Shown here: positions 37,564-50,517 of the stretch, piece after piece
Position numbering within the stretch: position 1 is the stretch's first letter
How the letters are laid out: each line of letters begins with the position of its first letter
Made by a program: the position numbers and the translations under genes
Notes under the pieces: model-generated
What the model saw: only the letters and a program-made list of their open reading frames with translations
Told to the model about the DNA's origin: nothing
Databases searched by the model: none
Assembly: GCA_038087875.1 (NCBI GenBank)
Contig: CM075997.1
Location: forward strand, 8,682,001-8,746,000
Length of the DNA stretch: 64,000 nucleotides
Source of the DNA: Malacoraja senta
Taxonomy: Eukaryota
Reading direction: 5' to 3'

Positions 37564-37994
37564 ACTCAAGTCCACAAACTTACTGAGAGAAAGAGAGGGG
37601 GAGCGAGAATAGTACGAGAGCATAATTCTCTGAAAGTGATAACACACAGATAGACAGTTACGGTGATGAAGAATTAGCAGTTTGTCAAGCTTGCTCGACT
37701 TCATCAGTCAGAGCATTGAGTAGAAGAGTTAGTAGGGACATCATGTTGGAGCTGCTGTACAAAAGATGTTGGTGTGTGTGTGTGTGTGTGGCACTACTTG
37801 GGGAGTGAGGTGTGTGTGCGTGCATGTGTGAGTGGTGTGTGTGAGGTTTGCGTGAGTGCGTGTTGTGTGTGCTGCTATTCTGGTCACAGCCCAACTACAA
37901 GAAGCATTCATTGTTAGAAGCAGTGAGTGGTGAAAAGATTCACAAGGATGTTTATTGGTGCTGGAGTGAGTGCTTGTGTTATAAGGAATGACTT

Positions 37995-39048
37995 ATGTCA
38001 GGTTGGAGGCCCGTGACTAGTGGGGTGCCTCAGGGGTCTGTGTTGGGTCCACTGTTGTTTGTCAAGTACATCAATGATCTGGATGATGGTGTGGAAAATT
38101 GGATTAGTAAGTTTGCAGATGATACTAAGATAGGTGGTGTTGTGGATAATGAAGTAGATTTTCAAAGTCTACAGAGAGATTTAGGCCATTTGGAAGAGTG
38201 GGCTGAAAGATGGCAGATGGAGTTTAATGCTGATAAATGTGAGGTGCTACATCTCGGCAGGACAAATCAAAATAGGACGTACATGGTAAATGGTAGCGAA
38301 TTGAGGAATGCAGTTGAACAGAGGGATCTAGGAATAACTGTGCATAGTTCCCTGAAGGTGGAATCTCATGTAGATAGGGTGGTAAAGAAAGCTTTTGGTG
38401 TGCTGGCCTTTATAAATCAGAGCATTGAATATAGAAGTTGGGATGTAATGTTAAAGTTGTACAAGGCATTGGTGAGGCCAATTCTGGAGTATGGAGTACA
38501 ATTTTGGTCGCCTAATTATAGGAAGGATGTCAACAAAATAGAGAGAGTAGAGGAGATTTACTAGAATGTTGCTTGGGTTTCAGCAACTAAGTTACAGAGA
38601 AAGGTTGAACAAGTTAGGTCTTTATTTTTGGAGCGCAGAAGGTTAAGGGGGGACTTGATAGAAGTCTTTAAAATGATGAGCGGGTTAGACAGAGTTGACG
38701 TGGATAAGCTTTTCCCATTGAGAGTAGGGAAGATTCAAACAAGGGGACATGACTTGAGAATTAAGGGACAGAAGTTTAGGGGTAACATTAGGGGGAACTT
38801 CTTTACTCAGAGAGTGGTAGCTGTGTGGAATGAGCTTCCAGTGGAAGTGGTCGAGGCAGGTTTGATTTTATCCTTTAAAAATAGATTGCATGGGTATATG
38901 GACGGGAAAGGAATGGAGGGATATGGTCTGAGTGCAGGTAGATGGGACTAGGGGAAAGGAAGAAGAAAGAAGGGGGAAAAAAAGTTTGGTACGGACTTGA
39001 AGGGCCGAGATGGCTTGTTTCCGTGCTGTAATGGTTATATGATTATAT
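37995..39048 (+). mobile_element. CR1 family A, 5'-truncated
   Basis: [18 protein letters not shown]; near-identical to the reverse complement of 10180-11200; GGTTATAT tail. Confidence 0.9.
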
Positions 39049-39285
39049 GACTTGATCTGCTGGAACTTTACTCCCCAAACTGGACCAAGAGAAGAGGAAG
39101 GTGACCTTTTAGAAGTATACTATACTAAGTGGTTTCACACGGGAGGGCTGGTCCCCCAATGCATTATTCCACCTCTCCACCAATTCCAATATTGGTGGCC
39201 AGTGGGGGGGGGGGGGTATGGGTGTTGTGGGCTGAAGGGACTGGTCTCCAGAGGGCTAGTATGGACATTGTGGGCCAAATGGATT

Positions 39286-40767
39286 AAAAAAAAATATTAG
39301 AAGCATGTATACAAATACAAAAGCGACAATTTAATTACAGATTTCTTACATAGCTTCACTTTTTATTTTTTTTTAAAGAATAACTATAAACTAATAGAGA
39401 GAAAAAGTAGACGAAAAAAGAAATTACAAATTACCAATTACCAATTACCAATTACCAAGCACTTTATTTGTCCCCGAGGGGCAATTTAAACAAACAATAC
39501 ATTTAATCTGCACCGACCGGTCGACCGCATGAGCAGCGACCCGGCAATGGATTGGGTTGTCAGCAGCAATACAATAAAAAAGAACATACAAAAGGTAACA
39601 CAAACATCCACCACAGCATTCATCACTGTGGTGGAAGGCACAAAAATTTGGCCAGTCCTCCTCCATTTCCCCCCCGTGGACAGGACCAGAGTCCAAGTCA
39701 GTCCAGGATCGGCTCTTCCTCACCGGAGACCGCGGCTTTAGATTGTTATGGGCCGCAGGCCGGCGGTCAAGATTTAAGGTTCCCCGCCGCAGCCAGAAGC
39801 ACCGTAGACTGCAGGGCCGGCGGTCGAAGCTCCCCTCCAGGGGTGATGGTAAGTCCATGCCGGCCCCGCGGTAGAAGTTGGCCGCGGGCCGGCAATGATG
39901 GCTTCTTCTTCCCCCGGGTCCCCCAAGAGGGATCCCGGGCTGTAGACGCCGCACCAGCTGGAGCTTTGCAGACCGCGGCTTCAGGCTGCGACTTCAGGCT
40001 GCCGGCTGCCCCGGGCCAGCGAAACGGAGCGCTCCCCTCCAGCGAGCCCCAGCGAGGGTTCACCCGCTCCACGCCGAGAGTCCACGCTGCGCCCGCCGCT
40101 GAAGCCCGGGCACGTCTCCGGGAAAGGCCGCGCCGATCCTTGATGTTAGGCCACGGGGGAGGCAACCTGGAAAAAGTCGCCTCTCCATGGAGGAGGCGAC
40201 CGAAGCGGTTTCCCCCTTACCCCCCCACACCACCCCCCACACAAGACACACAAAGAAACATTAATTACACATTTTAAAACATACTAAATAACAAGATTGT
40301 GGAGATAGATCCAGGAGATGTTAAGTATAATTATTCATCCAATCCCAAACTCACGTTTCAACCCTGATTTTGTGTTAAACCAATTCACTTTTTTAAGAAT
40401 TCAATAAATGGAGACCATATTCTAACAAATAATTCTGGTTTGTCGATTGAGACAAATCTTTTTTTTTTTCCAAATGCAAGGTCTCAGTCATTTCCGTAAT
40501 CCACATTTTAATTGTGGGGGCTGCTGGTTTTATCCAAAATTTTAGTATTCATTTTTTCGCAGTTATTAGACTGTAATCAAGAAAGTGTCTCTGACTTATC
40601 GTAAAGTTTATGCTATGTTCTGATAATCCTAATATTATTAATTTTGTATCTGGGTACATTTGGTTATTGATAACTTCAGAAATAATTTTAAAAATGTCCG
40701 TCCAAAAATTTTGGATTTTTATACAAGTTATGGCTTCTTGAAATTGACATTTATCACAAAGAGGGGA
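39286..40767 (-). mobile_element. L1-clade 3' fragment inserted in the foldback element, itself interrupted
   Basis: Candidate TSD AAATGGATT at 39277-39285 and 40768-40776; minus strand at 40400-40760 resembles the L1 ORF2 C-terminus. Confidence 0.65.
39430..40290 (-). mobile_element. GC-rich non-autonomous retroelement with Rex1/Babar-like tail
   Basis: Minus strand ends CCCCTCGGGGACAAATAAAGTGCTTGG followed by (TAATTGG)n; no RT ORF. Confidence 0.5.
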
Positions 40768-41439
40768 AAATGGATTCTTGGGGTGGCAGCTCAGTTCCTC
40801 AAGCCTGATGTGCTGGCAGCTCCCTCACGGCTGGTGGGCTGGCAGTTGACTCATGGCTATTCCTTGAAATTCCATTTGAAGCAGGGTGCAAGGCCACCAA
40901 ATTCAAATCCATTTTCCTACCATTTCAAGCAGGGTGCAAGGCCAACAAATTCAAGTGCAGTTTCTTACCACTTCAAGCAGGGTGCAAGGCCACCAAATTC
41001 AATTTCTGAGCTGCCAGCCCACCAGACCTGAGTGACTGAGCTGCCAGCCCACCAGGCCTGAGTGACTGAGCTGCCAGCCCACCAGACCTGAGTGAGTGAG
41101 CTGCCAGCCCACCAGGCCCGAGTGACTGAGCTGCCAGCCCAAAAATCCATTCGGCCCACAATGTCCATACTAGCCCTCTGGAAACCAGTCCCTTCGGCCC
41201 ACAACACCCATACTAGCTCTCCAGAAAGCCCCCTCCACTGGCCACCAATATTGGAATTGGTGGAGAGGTGGAATATTGCATTGTGGGACCAGCCCTCCCG
41301 TGTGAACATGGGACCCGACGGGTCCTACTTATTTTAGTATATTATTGATTGTCCTTTCCGATCTTTGTAGTGTATTTAAAAGTTTTCTTTAACACAAGGG
41401 ATTTCTATCTGCTTTCGCTCAGTTGGGTGCGATGTGAAA

Positions 41440-43030
41440 GTGAATATCTGGAAAATGGAGAAACCTCAAGTACATCACTGTTAATTCTGATGGAGCAAAC
41501 GCCATGTTTCCAGAAAAAAAGACACGAGGAAAGACAGAAATTGATTAGGGATATTTTGAATAACTTTCCACGTGGAAGATCCTGCCTCATGATTTTGAAT
41601 GGGCTTTTCAAAGACGTAGCCATGTAGACAAATGCGAGGACACCCGTAGATGTAGTCCATTTGTACATTAGCACGGCCTTTGGTAACGTTCCCGTGGCAA
41701 TCAATTATGGAAAGATGGATCGCATTATATCAAAAGGGGATCAGTCAAACGGGTACAGAAATTTTGAGGAAGAACATCCTTGCTATTGGGGCAGTGCAGC
41801 GGAGGTTGACGAGGTTAATCTCCGTGATGGCGGGACTATCATATGAGGAGAGATTGGAAAGACTGGGCTTGTATTCACTGGAATTTAGAAGGATGAGAGA
41901 CGATCTTATAGAAATGTATACAAATATGAAAGGACTGAACAAGCTAGATACAGGCAACATTTTCCCAATGTTGAGGGAGTCCAGAAGCAGGGGCCGCAGT
42001 CTAAGAATAAAGGGGAGGCTTTTTAAAACTGATTTTTGAGAAAAAAACTTTTCACCCAGAGAGTTATGAATTTGTGGAATTCTCTGCAACAAAAGGCAGT
42101 AGAGGCCAATTCACTGGATGAATTTAAAAGAGAGCTAGATTGTGCTCTAGGGGCTAGAGGAATCAAGGGATATGGGCAGAAGGCAAACATGGGTTACTGA
42201 TTGTGGATGATCAGCCATGATCAGAATTAATGGTGGTGCAGGGTCGAAGGAGCAAATGGCCTCCTCCTGCACCTGTTTTCTATATTTAAAAAATGCCCAG
42301 TGGTAGCAATCGCTGTGTGGTCGTGACATTTTTTTTTTTCGGAGCGGAGGTATTTGGCTGGTCGTGTTCCTCGGGAATCAGTGCCTCACCCATTGTTTGT
42401 GGTTTAAATCAAGGATTTGGAAGAGAATGTACGAGGCATGAGTTGTAAGTTTTCAAAGCACAGCAGGATAAGGGATATTCTGGATATTGAATATATCATC
42501 TGGTCAAGTCTGCTGTAGAATGGCAAATGGTGTTTAATTCATATATTTGACAGATACAGGCTAGATGCAGGAAGATTGTTCCCGATGTTGGGGAAGTCCA
42601 GAACAAGGGGTCACAGTTTAAGGATAAAGGGGAAATCTTTTAGGACTGAGATGAGAAAAACATTTTTTACACAGAGAGTGGTGAATCTCTGGAATTCTCT
42701 CCCACAGAATGTACTTGAGGCCGGTTCATTGGCTATATTTAAGAGGGAGTTAGATGTGGCCCTTGCGGCTAAAGGGATCAGGGGGTATGGAGAGAAAGCA
42801 GGTACAGGATACTGAGTCGGATGATCAGCCATGATCATATTGAATGGCGGTGCAGGCTCGAATGTCCGAATGGCCTACTCCAGGTGTGGTCTCACCAAGA
42901 CCCTGTACAACTGCAGTAGAACCTCCCTGCTCCCATACTCAAATCCTTTTGCTATGAATGCTAACATACCATTCACTTTCTTCACTGCCTGCTGCACCTG
43001 CATGCCTAGTTTCAATGACTGGTGTACCAT
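41440..43030. mobile_element. Several CR1 RT and 3' fragments (mostly +, last piece -)
   Basis: GLSYEERLERLGLYSLEFRRMRDD; TFFTQRVVNLWNSLP; HQSLKLGMQVQQAVKK. Confidence 0.8.
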
Positions 43031-43724
43031 TAGGGCCGGATTTAGATGAAGAGAGGCTCTAAGCTGTTCCACTTGTGAGGCCCCTCTCAATCCCCCACCC
43101 CCACGACTAGAGGAAGATGGTCCACCAGATTGACACCGATTAGCAGCCGAGCGTGGCCAATGAGATAAGGGGCTGGAAACCTTCGCTTTTTATTTATTTA
43201 TTTATTGCCAGTGCTAGTGTCGAGTTATTGGCTTAAAACACTATTATTCTGAAATGAAGGGCAAGGAAAATCACTGAAGGGTTGTTTAGAGACTACAGTG
43301 CATTGTGACAGCATATGTAAGAAAGGCCTATGACAGTGTCAAAAATATTATACACCTTGCAGGGCTCTCACTTAATTTTTTTTCTCTGTTGTCAGCCGGG
43401 CAGCCTTGGCAGCTTTTTAAGTTGGGCAAATGACAGTTTAGGTGGTCATTTAAGACGGCTTGCATGACGCGTGCGATAATGTGCTCGGACGAAATGCGTA
43501 GTTACCAGTCGGAATTATGCTCAATGAAGCATTCACATATTATTTCTGCTTCAAATAAAGTCACAAACTAAACATATTCACCAATCAAGACATGATATAT
43601 ACCACAATGACATGCAGCAAAATTATAATACAGTATCTCAACTATTTTTACACGTTGCAATGAATGCAATTACTATTATTTCTTTCCACTTCCACACAAA
43701 AATGTGGTTGGATTATTCACCGTA

Positions 43725-45660
43725 TGCTCAACCTCGGTGAGACCAAGCGCAGGCTTGCCGATCGCTTCGCACAACACCTCCACTCAGTTCGCAATAACCA
43801 ACCTGATCTCCCGGTGGCTCAACATTTCAACTCCCCTTCCCATTCCGAATCCAACCTTTCTGTCCTGGGCCTCCTCCATGGCCATATAACCATAACAGCA
43901 CGGAAACAGGCCATCTCGGCCCTTCAAGTCCGTGCTGAACATTTTTTTACATTATTTTAAAATTAAAAATAAATACTTCCCCCTAGTCCCATCTACCTGC
44001 ACTCAGACCATAACCCTCCATTCCTTTCCCGTCCATATACCCATCCAATCTATTTTTAAAGGATAACATTGAACCTGCCTCCACCACTTCCACTGGAAGC
44101 TCATTCCACACAGCTACCACTCTCTGAGTAAAGAAGTTCCCCCTAATGTTCCCCCTAAACTTCTGTCCCTTAATTCTCAAGTCATGTCCCCTTGTTTGAA
44201 TCTTCCCTACTCTCAATGGGAAAAGCTTATCCACGTCCAGATTGAGGCCCACCGCATATTGGAGGAGCAGCACCTCATATAACCATATAACAATTATAGC
44301 ACGTAAACAGGCCATCTCGGCCTTTCTAGTCCGTGCCGAACACTTACTCTCACCTAGTCCCATCTACCTGCATTCAGACCATAACCCTCCATTCCTTTCC
44401 CGTCCATATACCTATCCAATTTATTTTAAATGATAAAATCCACCACTTCCACTGGAAACTCATTCCACACAGCTACCACTCTCTGAGTAAAGAAGTTCCC
44501 CCTCATGTTACCCCTAAACTTCTGTCCCTTAATTCTCAAATCATGTCCTCTTGTTTGAATCTTGCCTACTCTCAATGGAAAAAGCTTATCCACGTCAACT
44601 CTGTGTATCCCTCTCATCATTTTAAAGACCTCTATCAAGTCCTCCCGTAACCTTCTGCGCTCCAAAGAATAAAAACCTAACTTGTTCGACCTTTCTCTGT
44701 AACTTTGGTGCTGAAACCCAGGCAACATTCTAGTAAATCTCCTCTGTACTCTCTATTTTGTTGACATCTTTCCTATAATTTGGTGACCAAAATTGTACAC
44801 CATACTCCAGAATTTGCCTCACCAATGCCTTGTACAATTTTAACATTACATCCCAACTTCTATACACAATGCTCTGATTTATAAAGGCCAGCACACTGAC
44901 GTCAAACTAACAGGTCTATAATTGCTAGGTTTACTCTTCGAACCCTTTTTAAACAATGGAACAACATGCGTAGAACGCCAATCCTCCGGCACCATTCCCG
45001 TTTCTAATGGCATTTGAAATATTTCTGTCATCGCCCCTGCTATTTCTACACTAACTTCCCTCAATGTCCTAGGGAATATCCTGTCAGGACCTGGAGACAT
45101 ACCCTTTTATATTTTTCAAAAGTGTCAGTACTTCCTCTTCTTTGATCCTCATAGTTTCCATAGCTACTCTACTTGTTTCCCTTACCTCACATCATTCAAT
45201 ATCCTTCTCCTTGGTGAATACCGAAGAAAATAAATTGTTCAATATCTCCCCCATCTCTTTTGTCTCTGCAGATAGCTGTCCACTCTAACTCTCTAATGGA
45301 CCAATTTTATCCCTCGTTATCCTTTTGCTATTAATATAGCTGTAGAAACCCTTTGGATTTACTTTCACCCTACTTGCCAAAGCAACCTCATATCTTTTAG
45401 CTTTGGGTAGTTATTTGCTTGGGTAGTTTACACCCCAGCGGTATGAACATTGGCTTCTCTAATTTCAGGTAGTTCTTGCTTTCTCCCTTCTTCCTCTCCC
45501 ATTTCCAGCTCTCACACAGCCTACTGTCTCCGCCTCTTCCTTTCTTTTTCATGTCCCCCACTCTGACATCAATCTGGTCTCGACCTGAAACGTCATCTAT
45601 TCCTTCGCTCCATAAATGCTGCCTTACCAGCTGATTTTTATCCAGCTTTTTTGTCTACCA
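43725..45660 (+). mobile_element. Penelope-like GIY-YIG 3' part, split by two CR1 family A insertions (43884-44237 and 44276-45403, both -)
   Basis: GETKRRLADRFAQHLHSVRNNQ...LGLLHG resumes at 44238 (AHRILEEQHLI) and again near 45415; terminal repeat at 45570-45660. Confidence 0.75.
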
Positions 45661-46370
45661 TTAGGATTTCACCACTGGCCACATCTTCCTATCTGCTCCC
45701 TTGTTGGCTTTCCGTAAAGACTGCTCCCTCCGTAACTCCCTGGTCAATTAGTCCCTTCCCACCCAAACCACCCCCTCTCCTGGCACTTTCCCTTGCAACC
45801 GCAGGAAATGCTACACTTGTCACTTTACTCCATTCAAGGACCCAAGCAGTCTTTACAGGTGCTGCAGAGGTTCACCTGCACCACCTCCAACCTCATCTGT
45901 TGCATCCACTGCTCTAAGTTTCAGCTGCTCTACATCGGTGAGACTAAGCGTAGGCTTGGCGATCGCTTCGCCCAACACCTCCACTCGGTCTGCAATAACC
46001 AACCTGATCACCAACCGGCTCAGCACTTCAACTCCCCCTCCCATTCCGAATCCGACCTTTCTGTACTGGGCCTCTTCCATGGCCAGAATGAGGCCCACCG
46101 TAAATTGGAGGAGCAGCACCTCATATTTCGCTTGGGCAGGTTATACCCCTGTGGTATGAACATTGACTTCAATTTCAGGTAATCCCTGCTTTCTCCCCCC
46201 TTCCCAGCTCTCCCTCAGCCCACTGTCTCCGCCTCTTCCTTTCTTCATCCTCTCCCCCCCCACCCTCACATCAGTCTGAAGAAGGGTCTCGACCCGAAAC
46301 GTCGCCTATTTCTTTCGCTCCATGGATGGGAACTCACCTGCTGAGTTTCTCCAGCATTTTTGTCTACCCA
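45660..46370 (+). mobile_element. Penelope-like element 3' part (Cys-rich linker, GIY-YIG, terminal repeat)
   Basis: FTCTTSNLICCIHCSKFQLLYIGETKRRLGDRFAQH...EEQHLIFRLG; terminal repeat with hammerhead core downstream. Confidence 0.85.
46276..46303 (+). ncRNA. Minimal hammerhead-like core
   Basis: CUGAAGA-A-GGGUC(UC)GACCC-GAAA-CG-UC, about 95 nt after the GIY-YIG stop codon. Confidence 0.6.
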
Positions 46371-46394
46371 GTCACACAAGTTCTGTAATCCCAC

Positions 46395-46900
46395 TTTCCT
46401 CACCCACTCCCTACACATTAGGGGCAATTTTTCAGAGACATGTTAACCTACAAAGCCAATGCGTCTTTGGGATGTGGGAGGATACTCATACGCTTGCAGG
46501 GAGAATGTGCAAATTCAACACAGACAGTGCCCGAGGACAGGATCGAACACAGATCTCTGGCGTGTGAGGCAGCAAGTCCACCAGCTGTGCCACTATATTT
46601 TGTTTTCCAACACACAAACAATTATACGTTGATAACTTTGGTTACTAATAAAATGAAAATATCCATTTTCAGTTTTAAATCTCCAAGAGACGCTTTGTCC
46701 CCGTTTACAGCTCCTGTATGTTTTAATTAAGTTCAAGACTACGGGTCAGTACATTGGCCATAAAGTTGCTGCCTAAAGGTGCCAGAGACCCGGAATTGAT
46801 CCTGAATATGGGTGCTGTCTGTAAGAGTTCGCTCTTTTTCCCTTTGATCGCATGGGTTTTCTCTGGGTGCTCTTGTTTCCTTCCACATTCCAAAGGTGTG
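46395..46900. mobile_element. Two degenerate HE1-like V-SINEs (46395-46595 -, 46741-46900 +)
   Basis: Similarity to 32084-32275. Confidence 0.6.
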
Positions 46901-49900
46901 CATGAACCTATTTCAGACCCAACCCAAAACGTAATATTTTCCTTTTGTCCAGAGATTCTGTCTGACCTGTTGAGTTACTCCAGCTTTTTGTGTCTATCTT
47001 CAGTTTAAACCAGCATCTGCAGTTCCTTCCTACACACACACGATACTATACGATAGAACTTTATTAATCCCAGGAGGGAAATTGTGTGCGTGTATACATT
47101 TTACTTCGGAGTCACGTGAGTGACTACGTGAAGAAGACCCTGTCCAGCCACACACGCCTCATTATCGATCAGACGCATAGCGTTCATGACCGTGTGTGGA
47201 GGAGCAGCAGCTCCTCCAGGTTGTGAGTAAAAGCAAATTTAAAGTAAAAATCGAACAAGGTAAGTGGTTTCATTTTTACTTACAGGGCGCTTTTCTTCCC
47301 GCTCAGACGTGTTGGCAGAGGTCCACACAAGCTCAGAATGCAGAAAGGGCGTAGGGGAAGGAGAGGCCAGGGACGCACCGCAGGTAAAAACCCAGATTCT
47401 AAGGGTAGCGGGCGTCAGGAAGAGGAGGCAGTGGCATCGAAGCCATCAACTCGCGTTACGGTCGAATGTGCCGTTAAACCGCTGGCGGCGGGGCGCAAGG
47501 CAGGACAAAAGTCGGCCCGACCTGTAGACTCGGATGAGTCAGACCCGGAGGTATACCCTCCTGCAGCAGAAAACGTTATGGCTGCAAGGGTCGCCAGTTT
47601 AGACCTCCTGATGGGGAAAATGATTTACAAAGAACCCCCACAGGAGGAATCAGGTAGGTGTTGGCCAATGGAGGATACAGCACAGGGTGTGCCTTGGTTG
47701 GGACAGGCACAAGGGTGGCCCACAGGAGAGCCATCAGAAATGAGTGTGCAAAGTTATTACAGTGGTTGGCCTACAGGAGAGCCAGTGCCAGAAATGCCTG
47801 AAAAAAGGCAGTATATGTGCTGGCCTACTGAAGAGCCAGTACCAGAAATGTCTCAAAAAAGACAGTACAAACGTACTTATGTGCCAGCACCGAAAGTTCC
47901 TAAAAGGGAAAAATATGAAGCGTTGGCCTAGAGTTGAGCCAGCACCTGAAACAGGGCTGCCTATCCGTGGGCCTATAAGAGAGCCCGCGCAGGGGGAATC
48001 TGGCATAGACTTACCTGAAACAGGGGAGCCAGAATTTACCCAACCTGAAGAGGAACATCTAGATTCAGAAGATGAATTCTATGAGGATGAGAGCCCATTA
48101 TCAGAGCTGAAAGTTCCTGGACTAGCACAAAAGTTTGCTGTTCCTAGAATAAAAGGGGAACCTTTGAGGGATGAAATAGCAATGACTATACATTATCTAC
48201 TCTCCCATCAGCTCCAGGAAGTAACTATGGATGAGACTATGAAACAGTATGAGCCCCGGAGAATTGTGAATTGCTGACAGTTCCAGCAGTGAATAACTTG
48301 ATATGGGGTTATTTGAGCATTGGTTTACGCTCACAAGAATTGAAATTGCAACATGTATTGAAATTGCTGGGATCAGGCATCACGGCATTTGCCAGAGGAT
48401 TGGATGATGATTTTGTATCAGATTCACAACAAGATGCTTTAGCACTGATGTGTGGTGCGCACTTTGAAATAAATTGTATTCGTAAAAATGCAATAAGACC
48501 AAATATTCATCCTAAGTATGCAGGGCTCTGCAAACCAACCAACATACAAATCCCTAAATCTGCTGTTTGGAGAAAATCTAGCAAAGAAACTAAAGGACTT
48601 GAATGAAGAGTTTTAAAAAAAAAATAAAAAAAAAAAACCTGAGTGGTATGATGATGCGACCACCAATGCTGAGCAGAGCAGTGCGAAGGCAGTATCCCTA
48701 CAGGCTGAATGCTGGTGCTGGAGACGGAACAAGTCGATCATTCTCATATATACGTTGGCGTGCTGCACCGGGGATACGTGGAGGTTACAATATGCCTACC
48801 AGAAGGGGACAACAATGGCCGGTGGCAAACCACGAGGTAGGGGGTCCTGGTCTGGTAAGGAATACAAATGTTTCACATTCACAAATAGGGGGAAGGTTAC
48901 GATTCTTCCTAAAAGAATGGCAGTTAATAAATGATTCATTTATTCTAAACAGCATTGTAGGATTCAAAATTGAGTTTCTATCCACATTTGGATCCTCCAA
49001 GGCAAGAAAATTCAAACTGGTCACGAATTTTCTCAAAAGAAAAGAATAAGTTGATCAAAGGAGAATTAGAAACTTTAACCAAAAAGGGGGTAATAGGGAA
49101 GTCAGTAGAACAACACCATCAGTTTGTATCAAATGTTTTTCCAAGAACAAAAAAGGATGGTGGATGTAGAATCATATTGGATCTGACAAATCTTAACCTT
49201 TATGTACAATACAAACATTTCAAAATGGAAACATTTACTAATGCAATTCAGCTAATCACAGTAAATTCCTACATGGCAAGCATAGATCTGCAAGATGCAT
49301 ATTATTCCATGGTAATGCATGGTAATGATCAAAGATATTTGAAATTTAGATGGATGTCAGTTATGGCAATTTAAAGCATTGCCCAATGGTCTGATTTCAG
49401 CACCAAGATTATTCACTAAATTGCTCAAACCAATTTTAGCTCTGTTAAGAGCTGAGGGCCACGTATTAATGGCTTATTTAGAGGATATCCTCATTGTAGG
49501 GGACACTTTGGCTGCTGCAAAATTATCAGTATCCAGAGTCAAATACATTTTTGAGAAATTAGGTTTCATTATTCACCTACAAAAATCTAAATTGTTACCA
49601 AGCAAAAAGATTGATTACCTAGGGTTCACAATTAACTCCGAACACATGGTAATCACTTTGCCAAAAGATAAAAGCTGCAGTTAATTGAAGGTTGCATAAA
49701 ACTCATTAACGAGGACACACCTTCAATTAGAGAAGTGGCAAGCTTGCTAGGCAAATTAATTGCAGGGTTTCCAGCGGTCACGTTTGGACCATTGCATTAT
49801 CAATGTTTACAGAGAGCTAAGGTACAAGCGTTAAAAATGAATGGAGGGCATTTTGACAGGCCCATGAAATTAACAATTTAATCCATTACAGAAATAGAAT

Positions 49901-50517
49901 GGTGGATTAACAATGTTTCTAATGCTTCCAGAAAAGTTCTGGTAGAAACACCTTCCGTCACTCTACAGACTGATGTAAGTGCGCTAGGTTGCGGCGCTAC
50001 TAACATGATTTCCAGCTGTGGAGGTAGGTGGAATGTGAATGAAGTACCTTTGCTGGAAAATCTGGGAATCAATTACCTAGAGCTATTAGGTGCATTTTAC
50101 GGCCTTAGAGCTTATTGCACTGATATGGGAAATGTGCATGTTCAGGTACAGGTTGACAATACTACAGCTGTAGCATACATAAATCACATGGGTGGTATAA
50201 AATCAGAATCATGTGATAAATTAGCGAATGAAATTTGGACCTGGTGTATTGCCAGGAAAATTTGGCTGTCAGCAATATATTTACCAGGTAAATTTAATAC
50301 AATTACAGACAAAAGATCACGTAAATTTAATGATAATACAGAATGGATGTTAAATCGGAAAATATTCACACAAATTATCACACAATTTGGAATGCCAGAA
50401 ATTGATCTGTTTGCATCAAGATTGAACCACCAGTTTGCCTAAGTATGTGTCATGGGAACCTGATCCTGGAGCAGTAGCGGTGGATGCTTTTTCGCTACAT
50501 TGGGGTGGTATGTTTCT

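Larger units (their letters stand above)
39124..41337. mobile_element. Foldback element with ~160-190 bp inverted arms, internal tandem repeats and a Helitron-like terminal hairpin
   Basis: 39124-39285 is the reverse complement of about 41144-41337; hairpin GGACCC-GAC-GGGTCC at 41311-41325; ~48-bp and 30-bp tandem units at 40873-41140. Confidence 0.6.

Noticed and set aside
40873..41140. Regularly spaced repeats resembling a CRISPR array
   Set aside because: Contiguous tandem units without unique spacers, eukaryotic context and no cas genes.
42557..43030. Twin-priming inversion of a CR1
   Set aside because: The inverted piece lies 3' of the tail end rather than 5', and no TSD is visible; more likely two fragments joined by microhomology.
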